IMG/VR virus record: IMGVR_UViG_3300045988_109268
From: a virus
Length of the DNA stretch: 40,854 bases
Strand: one strand, 5' to 3'
Made by a program: the position numbers and the translations under genes. The notes beneath the pieces are model-generated. The model was not told where the DNA came from. It saw only the letters and a list, made by a program, of their open reading frames with translations, and did no database searches. Each line of letters begins with the position of its first letter. The first letter of the stretch is position 1. Shown in pieces: positions 1 to 7,800 of the stretch.

Positions 1-27
1 GGGTTCGAGTCCCACCGGAGGCACCTT
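1..27 (+). repeat. attL core, the 3' end of a host tRNA gene (T-loop GGTTCGAGTCC, acceptor strand CGGAGGC, discriminator A, CC)
   Basis: GGGTTCGAGTCCCACCGGAGGCACCTT is identical to 40828-40854. The T-arm consensus is recognisable. The tRNA body lies upstream of the window, so the anticodon is unknown. Confidence 0.85.
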
Positions 28-64
28 CGCTAGACTGTGGAAAATAGCCGTTTTGCCTTGCGAG

Positions 65-84
65 AGTAGGGCTGAGCGGCTTTT
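65..84 (+). repeat. 20-nt block AGTAGGGCTGAGCGGCTTTT, repeated 19/20 at 40801-40820
   Basis: Direct comparison of the two ends. In both copies it forms the 3' arm of a weak hairpin (AGCCG...CGGCT) followed by a T run. Confidence 0.6.
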
Positions 85-87
85 TCT

Positions 88-127
88 ATTCCCGGTGATT
101 CCCTCGTATTCCCTCGGTTTCCCGGAA
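88..127 (+). repeat. Four tandem 10-bp repeats (ATTCCCGGTG / ATTCCCTCGT / ATTCCCTCGG / TTTCCCGGAA) in the P' arm
   Basis: The repeats are read directly and have a 10-bp (helical) period. They lie in non-coding DNA next to the att core. They are candidate binding sites for a recombination directionality or bending protein. Confidence 0.5.
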
Positions 128-128
128 T

Positions 129-151
129 AATGTGGGCAAAATGTGGGCAAA
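129..151 (+). repeat. Two tandem 11-bp repeats (A)ATGTGGGCAAA, candidate arm-type integrase sites (P' arm)
   Basis: The 23-nt AATGTGGGCAAAATGTGGGCAAA is identical to 40746-40768, which lies on the other side of the core. Confidence 0.55.
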
Positions 152-182
152 AATCGAGCCACGCCTAGCTGCTGTAACAACG

Positions 183-207
183 AAAAAACCGGCCCCGCCG
201 GCCGCAG
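183..207 (-). terminator. Candidate intrinsic terminator after the holin gene
   Basis: The minus strand reads GGCCGG-CGGGG-CCGG followed by TTTTTT. The stem is short and GC-rich, and the T6 run follows it. Confidence 0.45.
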
Positions 208-259
208 TCAAGCTCGTGGAGCTGTCTGCGATGCCGGGCGGGGCCGAACTGTGTGGTGG

Positions 260-571
260 TCATGCGGCGAGGTCGATGCGTTGTTTGATGGCGCTGACGC
301 CGATGAGCGCGCCGGCGAGGATGCCGAGCGCGTTGAGCGTGGTCACGATGGCGTCCACGTGGGGCCAGCCCCATGCGGGGCCGACCGTGTTGACGAACAG
401 GGCGAGTGCGGGCAGGACGATGAGGCCGAGCCATTTGAGGATGTCGTAGACGCGGCTGGGGATGAGCCAGTCGGGCACGTCATGGGTGACGTTGACGGCT
501 TCGGGCCAGTCGCTCGTGTCGATGCCGGGGAGTGTTTCGCCGGTGTCGGCCGGGGTTTTGCTGTCGGTCAT
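260..571 (-). CDS. Holin (two predicted TM helices)
   Basis: 103 aa from ATG 571, with GGAG 7 nt upstream. Hydrophobic helices WLGLIVLPALALFVNTV and LNALGILAGALIGVSAI are present. It is the last gene, directly after the endolysin. The longer track ORF (to 736) has an Arg/Pro-rich extension that looks non-coding. Confidence 0.7.
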   Translation of the reverse strand: MTDSKTPADTGETLPGIDTSDWPEAVNVTHDVPDWLIPSRVYDILKWLGLIVLPALALFVNTVGPAWGWPHVDAIVTTLNALGILAGALIGVSAIKQRIDLAA

Positions 572-633
572 GTTTTGCTCCGATCGATGATGGGGTGGTG
601 CCGCCGTCGGGGGTGATGGCGGCACCGGTTGGG

Positions 634-1761
634 TTAGCGGCAGGTCACCACGTCGCCCGGGTAGTAGACGTTGATGTTGCCGGAGGGGACGGTGCAGCGG
701 TTGACGCTGTAACCGTGTGAGGTGGCGAACTCCCATACCGTGTCACCGTACTGGATGGTCTTGGAGACCCCGTTGGACGGCATGGTTGCGGAGACTCCGC
801 CGTAGGTGACGACATCGCCCACGTAGTAGCGGTTGATGTCACCGCTTGGCGTGTGCCATGCGGACAGGGGCCATGCGTTGTAGGCTACGGCGAGTCCCCA
901 GATGGTCTCGTCCCACTGCATGACGTGGCTGATGCCACCCGTGTTGGTGTCGGCCGGGGGAGTGTTCGGCTGTGCGGGCGCGGCCGGTGTGGCCGGGGGC
1001 GTGGAGCCGCCGGCGGGGTTGGCGTACAGGTCCCACTGCCATGCGTCGCCACGGAACACGTTGAGGTCGATGGGACTCCACGTGTTGACGACACCGGTGC
1101 CGCTGTACTGTCGCATGGCCTCACCGTACGCGCCTATCATCCACGGATTGGCCTGATAGCCGGTCGGGCTCATGTTGGCGTACTGGGCGATCCACAGGCC
1201 GTACCGGTCGCGGATGTCCTGCGGGATGGTGCCGGCGACCGGGCCGGTGTACAGCAATGGGCGCACGCCGCCCGAAAGCCGTTCGCACTCATTCATGAAT
1301 CGGCGTACCCAGTCCCAATCGCCCCATGCGGGATTGTCGTCCATCTCCCAGTCGAGCGCCACGATGCCGTGACGCCAATAGTTCGACGTATTCGTGTAGA
1401 AGAACCGGGCCTCGGCCTCCGGGTTGCCTCCCATCGCGTAATGGTACAAGCCGAATTTCTTGCCGGATGCCTGCGCCTGGGCGATCACGCGGTTGGCGTC
1501 CGTGTTGACGCCGGACACGAGACAGTTGTTGTACACCTGTCCCGTGCCCCACGTGGTGCCGACGACAACGAAGTCGGCCTGCGTGTTGGCGATGTCGATG
1601 CCGCACTGCCAGTTGGACACGTCGATGCCCTGCATGTCGGCCATCGCCGCCGGGGCGAACGCCATGGAGACCGCGGCGACGAGCGCGGTCAGCGTCATGC
1701 CCACGCGCCGGTGCAGGAGTCCGTGTTTGGGTTTGGGTTTGCTTTTGTCGAGGATACCCAA
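634..1761 (-). CDS. Secreted endolysin: signal peptide + GH25 muramidase + two LysM-like repeats
   Basis: TTG start preceded by GGAAGGAGAGG. Signal peptide KPKPKHGLLHRRVGMTLTALVAAVSMAFAPAAMA|D. GH25 signature GIDVSNWQ...DFVVVG...GLYHY. A Pro/Thr linker is followed by two C-terminal repeats (...INRYYVGDVVTY, ...INVYYPGDVVT). Confidence 0.85.
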   Translation of the reverse strand: MGILDKSKPKPKHGLLHRRVGMTLTALVAAVSMAFAPAAMADMQGIDVSNWQCGIDIANTQADFVVVGTTWGTGQVYNNCLVSGVNTDANRVIAQAQASGKKFGLYHYAMGGNPEAEARFFYTNTSNYWRHGIVALDWEMDDNPAWGDWDWVRRFMNECERLSGGVRPLLYTGPVAGTIPQDIRDRYGLWIAQYANMSPTGYQANPWMIGAYGEAMRQYSGTGVVNTWSPIDLNVFRGDAWQWDLYANPAGGSTPPATPAAPAQPNTPPADTNTGGISHVMQWDETIWGLAVAYNAWPLSAWHTPSGDINRYYVGDVVTYGGVSATMPSNGVSKTIQYGDTVWEFATSHGYSVNRCTVPSGNINVYYPGDVVTCR

Positions 1762-1797
1762 ATTCCTCTCCTTCCCGCCCCCAAGTCAGGGGCAAAT

Positions 1798-1827
1798 AGA
1801 AAAGCCATCCCGAAATGGGATGGCTTT
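1798..1827 (-). terminator. Intrinsic terminator between the tail/accessory genes and the endolysin
   Basis: The minus strand has AAAGCCATCCC-ATTTC-GGGATGGCTTT (11-bp stem) followed by TCTATTT. Confidence 0.65.
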
Positions 1828-1842
1828 AACCTGTGTGAAAAA

Positions 1843-1929
1843 TCAATGCCTGTGCGCGCCATGATTGAATATGATGATGAGCGCGAGCAACAGCAGGTAT
1901 ATGCCGCCTGCGATCATGAGATGCGTCAT
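1843..1929 (-). CDS. 28-aa hydrophobic peptide (MTHLMIAGGIYLLLLALIIIFNHGAHRH)
   Basis: It is too short for the ORF track. The ATG overlaps the stop of the upstream gene (ATGA), and GGAGG lies 7 nt upstream. It has a single TM-like segment. Confidence 0.4.
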   Translation of the reverse strand: MTHLMIAGGIYLLLLALIIIFNHGAHRH

Positions 1930-2315
1930 TGCCGGTCCTCCAAATATTTTTCGGCGGCGTTGACGATCCAGCATTGCGCGTCCAATTTCTCAAGCTTCGC
2001 CAACTCGTATCGGACGGCCTCTGAATGGTCGTGCGACTGGTCGCCGTAGATCAGGCTGATGATCGTGTTTTTGATCGTGTCGCGGCAGAGCTCGTCCATA
2101 CGGTCGTCGATCTTCGCCGTCCGCTCTCCCAAGGTCCGTGTTTTTGCGAAATGCTGGGAAAGCGGACTGTCGTATGGCAGGCGTTCGGGCCGCACGTGCG
2201 AGTACAGGCCGGTGGCCAGCGCGTCCAACGCGCCCGGCCATATCCTGAGCAGCAGTGTGATGAGCGCGCACGCGCCGCCCACACCCCCGAACCCGGCTAG
2301 AAATGTCTGAAACAC
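1926..2315 (-). CDS. Membrane-anchored protein of unknown function (129 aa)
   Basis: ATG 2315 is preceded by TAAGGAGA. An N-terminal TM helix FLAGFGGVGGACALITLLL is followed by a helical soluble domain. Confidence 0.6.
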   Translation of the reverse strand: MFQTFLAGFGGVGGACALITLLLRIWPGALDALATGLYSHVRPERLPYDSPLSQHFAKTRTLGERTAKIDDRMDELCRDTIKNTIISLIYGDQSHDHSEAVRYELAKLEKLDAQCWIVNAAEKYLEDRQ

Positions 2316-2334
2316 ATTGCATCTCCTTAAAAAA

Positions 2335-2823
2335 TCAGTTTTGCAGTGGCATGAGGCCGCCGTACAGTGCCATCATGCGTGGGACGAGCTTCTTGTATTC
2401 CTGCCAGTCCGCTTGTGTCATCAGATTGATTGCCGAGAATCGCAGCGGATGATTCAACGGACACTTCAACTGGATGAGTTGCGCGTCATCCATATGAAAA
2501 TCAAAACCAAGGAGTGTGTTTCCGCCTGTATTGTCATGAGGAAACAGAGCCCCACCAGTCCATAGTTTGTTGGCTATGTAGCAGATACCGTTCTCATACC
2601 ATCTGCTATCTTCTGGCACTTGGGAAACCCAGAAGTTCAGATGGAGATCACCGGAGACCGGTTCGCCCAGTCGGATATCGGCACTGGGATTGACAGCGCC
2701 GCTGTTTGGCGTAATGAGTATGCCATCAGGGTCGACATGCTGCACGGTCGTCTCGTGTGTCGAGATGGCACTGTTCGGGAGCATCAAGAGTGGATTCGGA
2801 ATCAGATTCGTTACCAGGCTCAT
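2335..2823 (-). CDS. Tail-tip / receptor-binding-like paralog C (162 aa)
   Basis: The N-terminus TNLIPNPLL resembles the start of CBM/jelly-roll minor tail proteins. The C-terminus ...DWQEYKKL...LYGGLMPLQN is related to that of the two upstream paralogs. Confidence 0.55.
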   Translation of the reverse strand: MSLVTNLIPNPLLMLPNSAISTHETTVQHVDPDGILITPNSGAVNPSADIRLGEPVSGDLHLNFWVSQVPEDSRWYENGICYIANKLWTGGALFPHDNTGGNTLLGFDFHMDDAQLIQLKCPLNHPLRFSAINLMTQADWQEYKKLVPRMMALYGGLMPLQN

Positions 2824-2842
2824 GCCACCACCCCCAAAGGGG

Positions 2843-3208
2843 TCAGGCGAGCGGCATCGTGTCCCCGGTGAAATATCCGATGCCGTCGAGCAGGGTCTTG
2901 TTCGCCTGATACTCGTCCCACGTGCAGATGAGCATATTGGTCACGGTGACGGTCGGATTGCCTGACTTGACGGAATAATACATTGACATCGGACCGGGAA
3001 CGCTGGCGGTCAACGCGTAGCTGACACGTTGGCTTGCACTGATGTCGCCATACGCTCTCATCGAGATAGTGCCGCCGGTGACGTTCACATAGGCGCTGAC
3101 CCAATATTTCGTCCCTGGCTTGTTCGGAATGGTCGTGATATCCACCCAACGGCCTGCCGACAAGGTGATGGTCGAGGATGGTCTCGTGCATAGGTTCGTG
3201 ACCATCAT
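2843..3208 (-). CDS. Tail-tip / receptor-binding-like paralog B (121 aa)
   Basis: N-terminus MMVTNLCTRP. C-terminus TWDEYQANKTLLDGIGYFTGDTMPLA. Confidence 0.55.
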   Translation of the reverse strand: MMVTNLCTRPSSTITLSAGRWVDITTIPNKPGTKYWVSAYVNVTGGTISMRAYGDISASQRVSYALTASVPGPMSMYYSVKSGNPTVTVTNMLICTWDEYQANKTLLDGIGYFTGDTMPLA

Positions 3209-3699
3209 CGGGCATCACCATCCCGGTGCGCGGCGTCAGCCGAGTGGCATGGTGTCGCCGGTGAAGAAGCCCGGAAGCCCCCCCCAACGGCAGGGTCATA
3301 CGTGTCGGCGCGTTCGATGAGCACATTCGATACCGCTATGTCACGGATCCCGTTTGGATGTACCTCGAATCGCAACTGGTGGTCGGTGATCTTGAATCTG
3401 TACAAGACATCCGATATCCCCCGCTTGAATTGTGCGGAAACCAAAAACTTATTAACGTCGGGCCTATCAGATGTCTGTATGATCGCTATGCCCGCGACGT
3501 TGTCTTCGCTGGCGTCCACTCTCATCGACAAGACGAGCGGAACGTTGAATGGAACCGTAACATTGAAGCCATATCCGCCATTCTGTCCCGTGACGTGCAA
3601 CGCATTATCACGGACCGTCCCATTCGCGTCACCCCAATGGGCGATGTCGGTAAGCGGTCCGGCAAAAACAGGATTGGGGAAAAGATTAATCCTCTGCAT
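3205..3699 (-). CDS. Tail-tip / receptor-binding-like paralog A, with the reading frame disturbed by a G8 tract near the 3' end
   Basis: ATG 3699 is preceded by AAGGAGA, and the N-terminus is MQRINLFPNPVFAG. As printed, the ORF runs to 3205 with the unrelated tail FRASSPATPCHSADAAHRDGDAR. One extra G would give ...GGGLPGFFTGDTMPLG and a stop at 3236, matching paralog B. Confidence 0.6.
   Translation of the reverse strand: MQRINLFPNPVFAGPLTDIAHWGDANGTVRDNALHVTGQNGGYGFNVTVPFNVPLVLSMRVDASEDNVAGIAIIQTSDRPDVNKFLVSAQFKRGISDVLYRFKITDHQLRFEVHPNGIRDIAVSNVLIERADTYDPAVGGGFRASSPATPCHSADAAHRDGDAR
3278..3285 (-). repeat. Homopolymeric G8 (C8 on the + strand) tract inside paralog A
   Basis: Counted directly: ...GCC GTT GGGGGGGG CTT CCG... 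Confidence 0.9.
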
Positions 3700-3856
3700 G
3701 ATTCTCCTTGTCGAGACTGTCGAGCACATCCTTCGGGATGAGTTTCATGGCCGCCGCGAGCTGGCTGGACAGGATTGCGATTTGCTTGCTGAGTGTGCCG
3801 ACCTGTTGCGAGAGCTGGTCGATGACCTGGTTCGCGTCGGCTGGAATCTGAGTCAA
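3686..3856 (-). CDS. Small coiled-coil protein (56 aa)
   Basis: TTG 3856 is preceded by GAAGGAGA with a 6-nt spacer. The sequence is helical with heptad character: TQIPADANQVIDQLSQQVGTLSKQIAILSSQLAAAMKL. Confidence 0.5.
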   Translation of the reverse strand: MTQIPADANQVIDQLSQQVGTLSKQIAILSSQLAAAMKLIPKDVLDSLDKENHAED

Positions 3857-3880
3857 AATAAGTCTCCTTCTAATGCGAAA

Positions 3881-3910
3881 CCCCCACAATCCGGAAATGG
3901 ATTACAGGGG
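3881..3910 (-). terminator. Strand-specific 12-bp hairpin (attenuator/terminator-like) upstream of the tip-protein cassette
   Basis: The minus RNA reads CCCCUGUAAUCC-AUUUCC-GGAUUGUGGGGG followed by UUU. Three G-U pairs would be A-C mismatches on the other strand. The U tract is weak. Confidence 0.3.
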
Positions 3911-3933
3911 TTGAAAAAACCGGGAAATACGGG

Positions 3934-4272
3934 CTAGTCGGCGGCTGTCATCGTGTCGATGCGGGTCACCGTCTTCAATTCGCCCACAGTGAGCGTGCGG
4001 CTGAGATTCGTTTTCACGTCCGTGACCGTCACGTTCACGGCGTCACCATCGAACGTGGCGAGCACGCCGCGCTGGTAGTCGCGCCATGATTCGCCCGTCT
4101 GGTCGGCGGACGAATACTCGAATCCGAGCCGGCACAGTTCGGCTCGCAGGCTTTCCTTCGGCGGACGCAGGTCGAGCACGCCATCCGCCGCCGGTCGTGC
4201 GCCGGATTGCGTGGCCTGTCCACCGGACCCGGTGTCGTCCGACCGGGCTTGCTGGACGTCAGATGCTGTCAT
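3934..4272 (-). CDS. Hypothetical protein (112 aa)
   Basis: ATG 4272 is preceded by AAAGGAG. The track ORF extension upstream is Arg-rich and looks out of frame. Confidence 0.6.
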   Translation of the reverse strand: MTASDVQQARSDDTGSGGQATQSGARPAADGVLDLRPPKESLRAELCRLGFEYSSADQTGESWRDYQRGVLATFDGDAVNVTVTDVKTNLSRTLTVGELKTVTRIDTMTAAD

Positions 4273-4358
4273 GATTACTCCTTTGCTGTTGTGTTGTTGC
4301 CTTTTTTCGCCGGTCATCCCGGCGGAGTCGATGCGCGTGGCCGTCCGTCCGGCCCGCG

Positions 4359-4838
4359 TCAACGCCGACGGTCGGTCAGATAATCGATCGACTGTCGGCG
4401 GAACCGGTCGCGCGCCACGGCGATGCGGTCGGCCACGCCGGCCAGCGTGTCGGCGAGCCGACCGTCCGCATCCTCCATGACGGGCATCGCGTCCAATCCG
4501 AGCAGGCGACGGGTCTCCTCGCGACCGTCCGGCGACAACGCGCCGGACGCCGTGAGCACGGGATGCAACGCGGCCATGCGCGTCTGCTGACGGTCCGCCA
4601 ACTCGTCGCGCTCCACCTGCTCGTAGGCGCTGGCCCAAGCGGTGCGTCCGGTGGCCGGGTCGATGACGCCTGGGTCTGACCTGTTCAACCGGACCCGTAT
4701 GATCGCCGCGACCGCTTCCATGTCCGTGTCGCAGCCGAGGAGCTCTCCCCACGAGGCGATCGCGTCCAACGGGATGAGATGACGCGTCCCGTCGTCACAG
4801 GTCACGGCCAACACGTCACCGTAGATGTTCGTTTCCAT
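4359..4838 (-). CDS. Hypothetical protein (159 aa)
   Basis: ATG 4838 is preceded by AGGAGG. It directly follows the stop of the large tail protein. Confidence 0.6.
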   Translation of the reverse strand: METNIYGDVLAVTCDDGTRHLIPLDAIASWGELLGCDTDMEAVAAIIRVRLNRSDPGVIDPATGRTAWASAYEQVERDELADRQQTRMAALHPVLTASGALSPDGREETRRLLGLDAMPVMEDADGRLADTLAGVADRIAVARDRFRRQSIDYLTDRRR

Positions 4839-4846
4839 TACGCCTC

Positions 4847-7800
4847 CTACTGTTTGGCCAGGATGGCGAGTATCTGATAGCCGTAGGGGGTGCCGTTGCC
4901 GTTGCCGACGCCACGCGCCCACAGGTTGCAGCCGCTCGGCGAATCGTGGTTCGATCCGGCAGCGATCGACCCCATTGAGTCGGCGGAGACGTGCGCATGG
5001 TATAGGCCGTATTTGGCCGGTGCGTCATACGTCCACGTCTGCGTAATCCACCCTCCGGCGTTGAGCGATCCGCCCCTGGGATAATACGTCGCGAACGTTT
5101 TACGCCCATTGCCGTAGCCGCCGACGAACCCGCCGAGGTACAGATACCCGGAGTTGATGTCCGCCTCCAAGCCAACGCTGCCGTTCGTATCTGCCGCTGA
5201 GAGTTCGGCGATTGTATGGTATTTGGACGTCGGGTCGGTCTGCAAGAACAGTTGCGCGTACCCGCCCTGGCCGCCTTTGGAATAATCACGGTAAGCGGAT
5301 AGGAAGACGTTGCCGGTTTTGGTGGCGTTGTCCGTAGCCTTGTATTCGCCCAAACGCATGAACGACCCCGGATCGGTGGCTCCCAAGAGCCCCCCGTTGA
5401 AGGTGAGGGTGGAGATTTCACCTTTTCTGTTGCTTCGTATTTCCGACGCGATGTATGCGTGTTGACCGTCACGCCCGGTCTTGAATTCGATGCCTGAGCC
5501 TTCGAACGTTTGATCACTGCCGACAGCAAACTGTTCGAAATCAGGTGAGACCCTGATCCTCTTGCCGGTGAGGGCCGTTTGGAACGTGCCGGTAAGCACA
5601 TTCGACTTGCCTTCGCCGTCCAGATAGACGGTGCGATTGTGGCTGGAATCCCACATTTGCAATGCGGTCGAATTGAGCTTCACGCCAGTGTCCGCAGCCT
5701 CGGAGCTCTGGAATATCGCGCCGGTGAAGACGTAACCCCGGAACTGGCCTGCCGCCACCTTGTCGGACGTGATCGTTCCCGCCGCGATCTTCACCGCAGT
5801 GATGGAGTTCGTTGCGAGCTTGTCCGTGGTAATCGCGCCGGACACAATCTTCGACGAATTAACCGAATTGGCAGCCAATTTATCTGCGTTCACCGCGTTT
5901 GCGGCGAGCTTGTCGGCGGTTATCGCACCGGACACGATGTCGCCGGCCTGAATCCGATGCGCGTTGAGCAACGCGACCGTCATGTCCTCTGTCACGCGGA
6001 GCTTCGCGGTCGTGACCGAGTTCGCAGCCAATTTGTCGGTGGTGATGGCGAGCGAGACGATGTTGCGCGCCTGCACGCTGTCAGCGGCGAGTTTCGCGGC
6101 GGTCACCGCATCAGCAACCAGCTTCTCGGCGGTCACGCTGTTTGCGGCGAGCTTGCCCGCCGTCACCGCGTTCGCGCTCAATTTTTCGGCGGTGATCGCG
6201 TTCGCGGCGACGGTCTTCGCGCCGACCGTCCCGGCAGCCAGAATGCTATTGGCCACAAGGTCGAATGGCGTGAAGCGGGTGCCGTCCCACGTCAGCACCT
6301 CGATAACGCGGTCTGTGAGCGGCACGAGCACGCTTGGAGAAGCGTTTGGAGCGCCGGTCCAGTACGTGTAGAAGTCGGCGAGCATGGACGGGGAATTATT
6401 CTTCTCGCCGCTCCAGCGGGTCCAATACTTCTGCGTGCGCCACCACATGTCGCCCGGCTTCAGTCCGTCGTGATTCGGCTCGTCCGGGCCACGGTAGATC
6501 AGGTTCTTGCCGTCAGCCGTGGTCTGCGCCTTTTTCGCGGCGGCCTGCGCCTGATTCGCCTGCGCGGCGGCGTTCGCTGCTGTGGTCTGAGCCTTGTCGG
6601 CCGTTGATTGCGCCGTCTGCGCGGCAGCATGTGCCTTGACAGCGGCATTGGCCGCATCGGTCGCGGCCTTATCGGTCACCGCCGACCACGTGCTGCCGTT
6701 CCACCGTTTCGGCGTGTTCGCGCCGCCGGTGGTGTCGATCCACAAGGTAGTCGGCTTGCGCATCGACGTATCCGGCGCCGTTGACTGGATGAGCACGTCG
6801 GCCTTGCCGTTCGCCACGCCAGCGGCGGCGGCAGCAGCCGTATTCGCCTTCTGGGCCGCGTTGGCCGCGTCCGTGGCGGACTGGGCCGCGCTGTTGGCGG
6901 TGGCCTTCGCCTGCGTCGCCACACTCGAAGCGTTCGAGGCAGTGGCCTTCGCATCAGAAGCGTCCGTCTTGGCCGAAGCCGCGTCGGACTTGGCCGTATT
7001 CGCCAAAGTCTGCGCATTGCCAGCCGTCTTCTTCGCGCTTTCGGCGGCGGTCTGGGCGGCATTGGCGGCATCCTTGGCCTGACCTGCTGTGGCAGTCGCA
7101 CTCTTCGCAGCGGCGTTGGCCGCATTGGCGGTATCCTGAGCGGTCTTCGCTGCACCATTGGCCGTATCAGCCGTGCCCTGCGCGTTTTTCGCTGCGGCAG
7201 CGGCATTCTCAGCGGCCTTCTTCGCGTCGGTGGTCTTCGCCGCATTGTCCGCGATATCCGACTTCGCCTGCTCGATCTGCTTCGCATTGTTCTCCACGTC
7301 GGCATAGCCCATGTGGTTCCACTTGGAGCCGTCCCACACGAGCGTGTCGATCACGCGGTCGGCCAATGGCACGAGCACAGACGGCGAAGCGTTCGGAGCG
7401 CCCTGCCAGTACGTGTAAAAGTCCGCGAGCAGTGAGGGGCTGTTGTTCTTCTCCCCCTGCCAGCGCGTCCAATACTTCTGCGTCTTGAGCCACAGGTCGC
7501 CGACGATCAGCCCTTTGGAAGCGTCCGGCATGTCAGGCCCACGGAACGTATGGTTCTTCGAGTGGGCTTCGGCATACGCCTGCGCCGCCGACTCCTTCGC
7601 CTTCGAAATCTCGCCGTTCGCCGTGGTCAGGTCGCTTTTGGTCTGCGCGATGTCCTTCCGGGCCTGCGACAGATCGGCCTTGGCCTGCGCGAGCGACTGA
7701 TTCGCCGCGTCGAGATTCGACTTGTTGGCTTGGATGTCCTTCTGCGCCTGCGTCAGCTTCGCAGCATTATCCCTCAAAGCCGTCTTGTTGTCAGCCAAAT

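Noticed and set aside
1-27. Assigning the target tRNA as tRNA-Met, a known integration site of several Bifidobacterium prophages.
   Set aside because: Only the T-arm and acceptor 3' half are in the window, and the anticodon is outside it. The identity cannot be supported from this sequence and is left open.
132-616. Plus-strand ORFs at the left end starting MGKMWAKIEPRL..., which resemble the integrase C-terminus (NVGKMWANE). I considered a remnant of a second integrase or a tandem prophage.
   Set aside because: The similarity is confined to the 23-nt repeat. The order core-X-Y is the reverse of what an int remnant would give (Y-X-core). The rest of the ORF is antisense to the holin gene.
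853-2049. Large plus-strand ORFs antisense to clearly identifiable minus-strand genes. Examples are 853..2049, 5579..6607, 7550..8719, 11050..12699, 20666..22183, 30068..31219, 32063..33931, 37271..38293 and 38411..39544.
   Set aside because: These are typical high-GC shadow ORFs. Their translations are Arg/Gly/Pro/His-rich and low-complexity, they have no SD-start arrangement, and the opposite strand encodes recognisable phage proteins with good SDs.
2300-3900. A Rin-type shufflon or a diversity-generating retroelement acting on the tail-tip cassettes.
   Set aside because: No second recombinase or reverse transcriptase gene is present in the window. All three cassettes are on the same strand. 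I found no inverted repeats or template/variable repeat pair flanking them.
4273-4358. The hairpin CGCCGG-GATGA-CCGGCG between two tail-accessory genes as a terminator.
   Set aside because: On the transcribed (minus) strand it is followed by an A-run, not a U-run. The T-run precedes it on the plus strand. It does not fit either orientation.
6500-7300. The Ala/Thr/Gln-rich repetitive DNA in the fibre gene as a mobile or hypervariable element.
   Set aside because: It translates into a continuous coiled-coil segment (AKxAxxxA heptad-like) in frame with the flanking domains. This is ordinary fibre-shaft low complexity.
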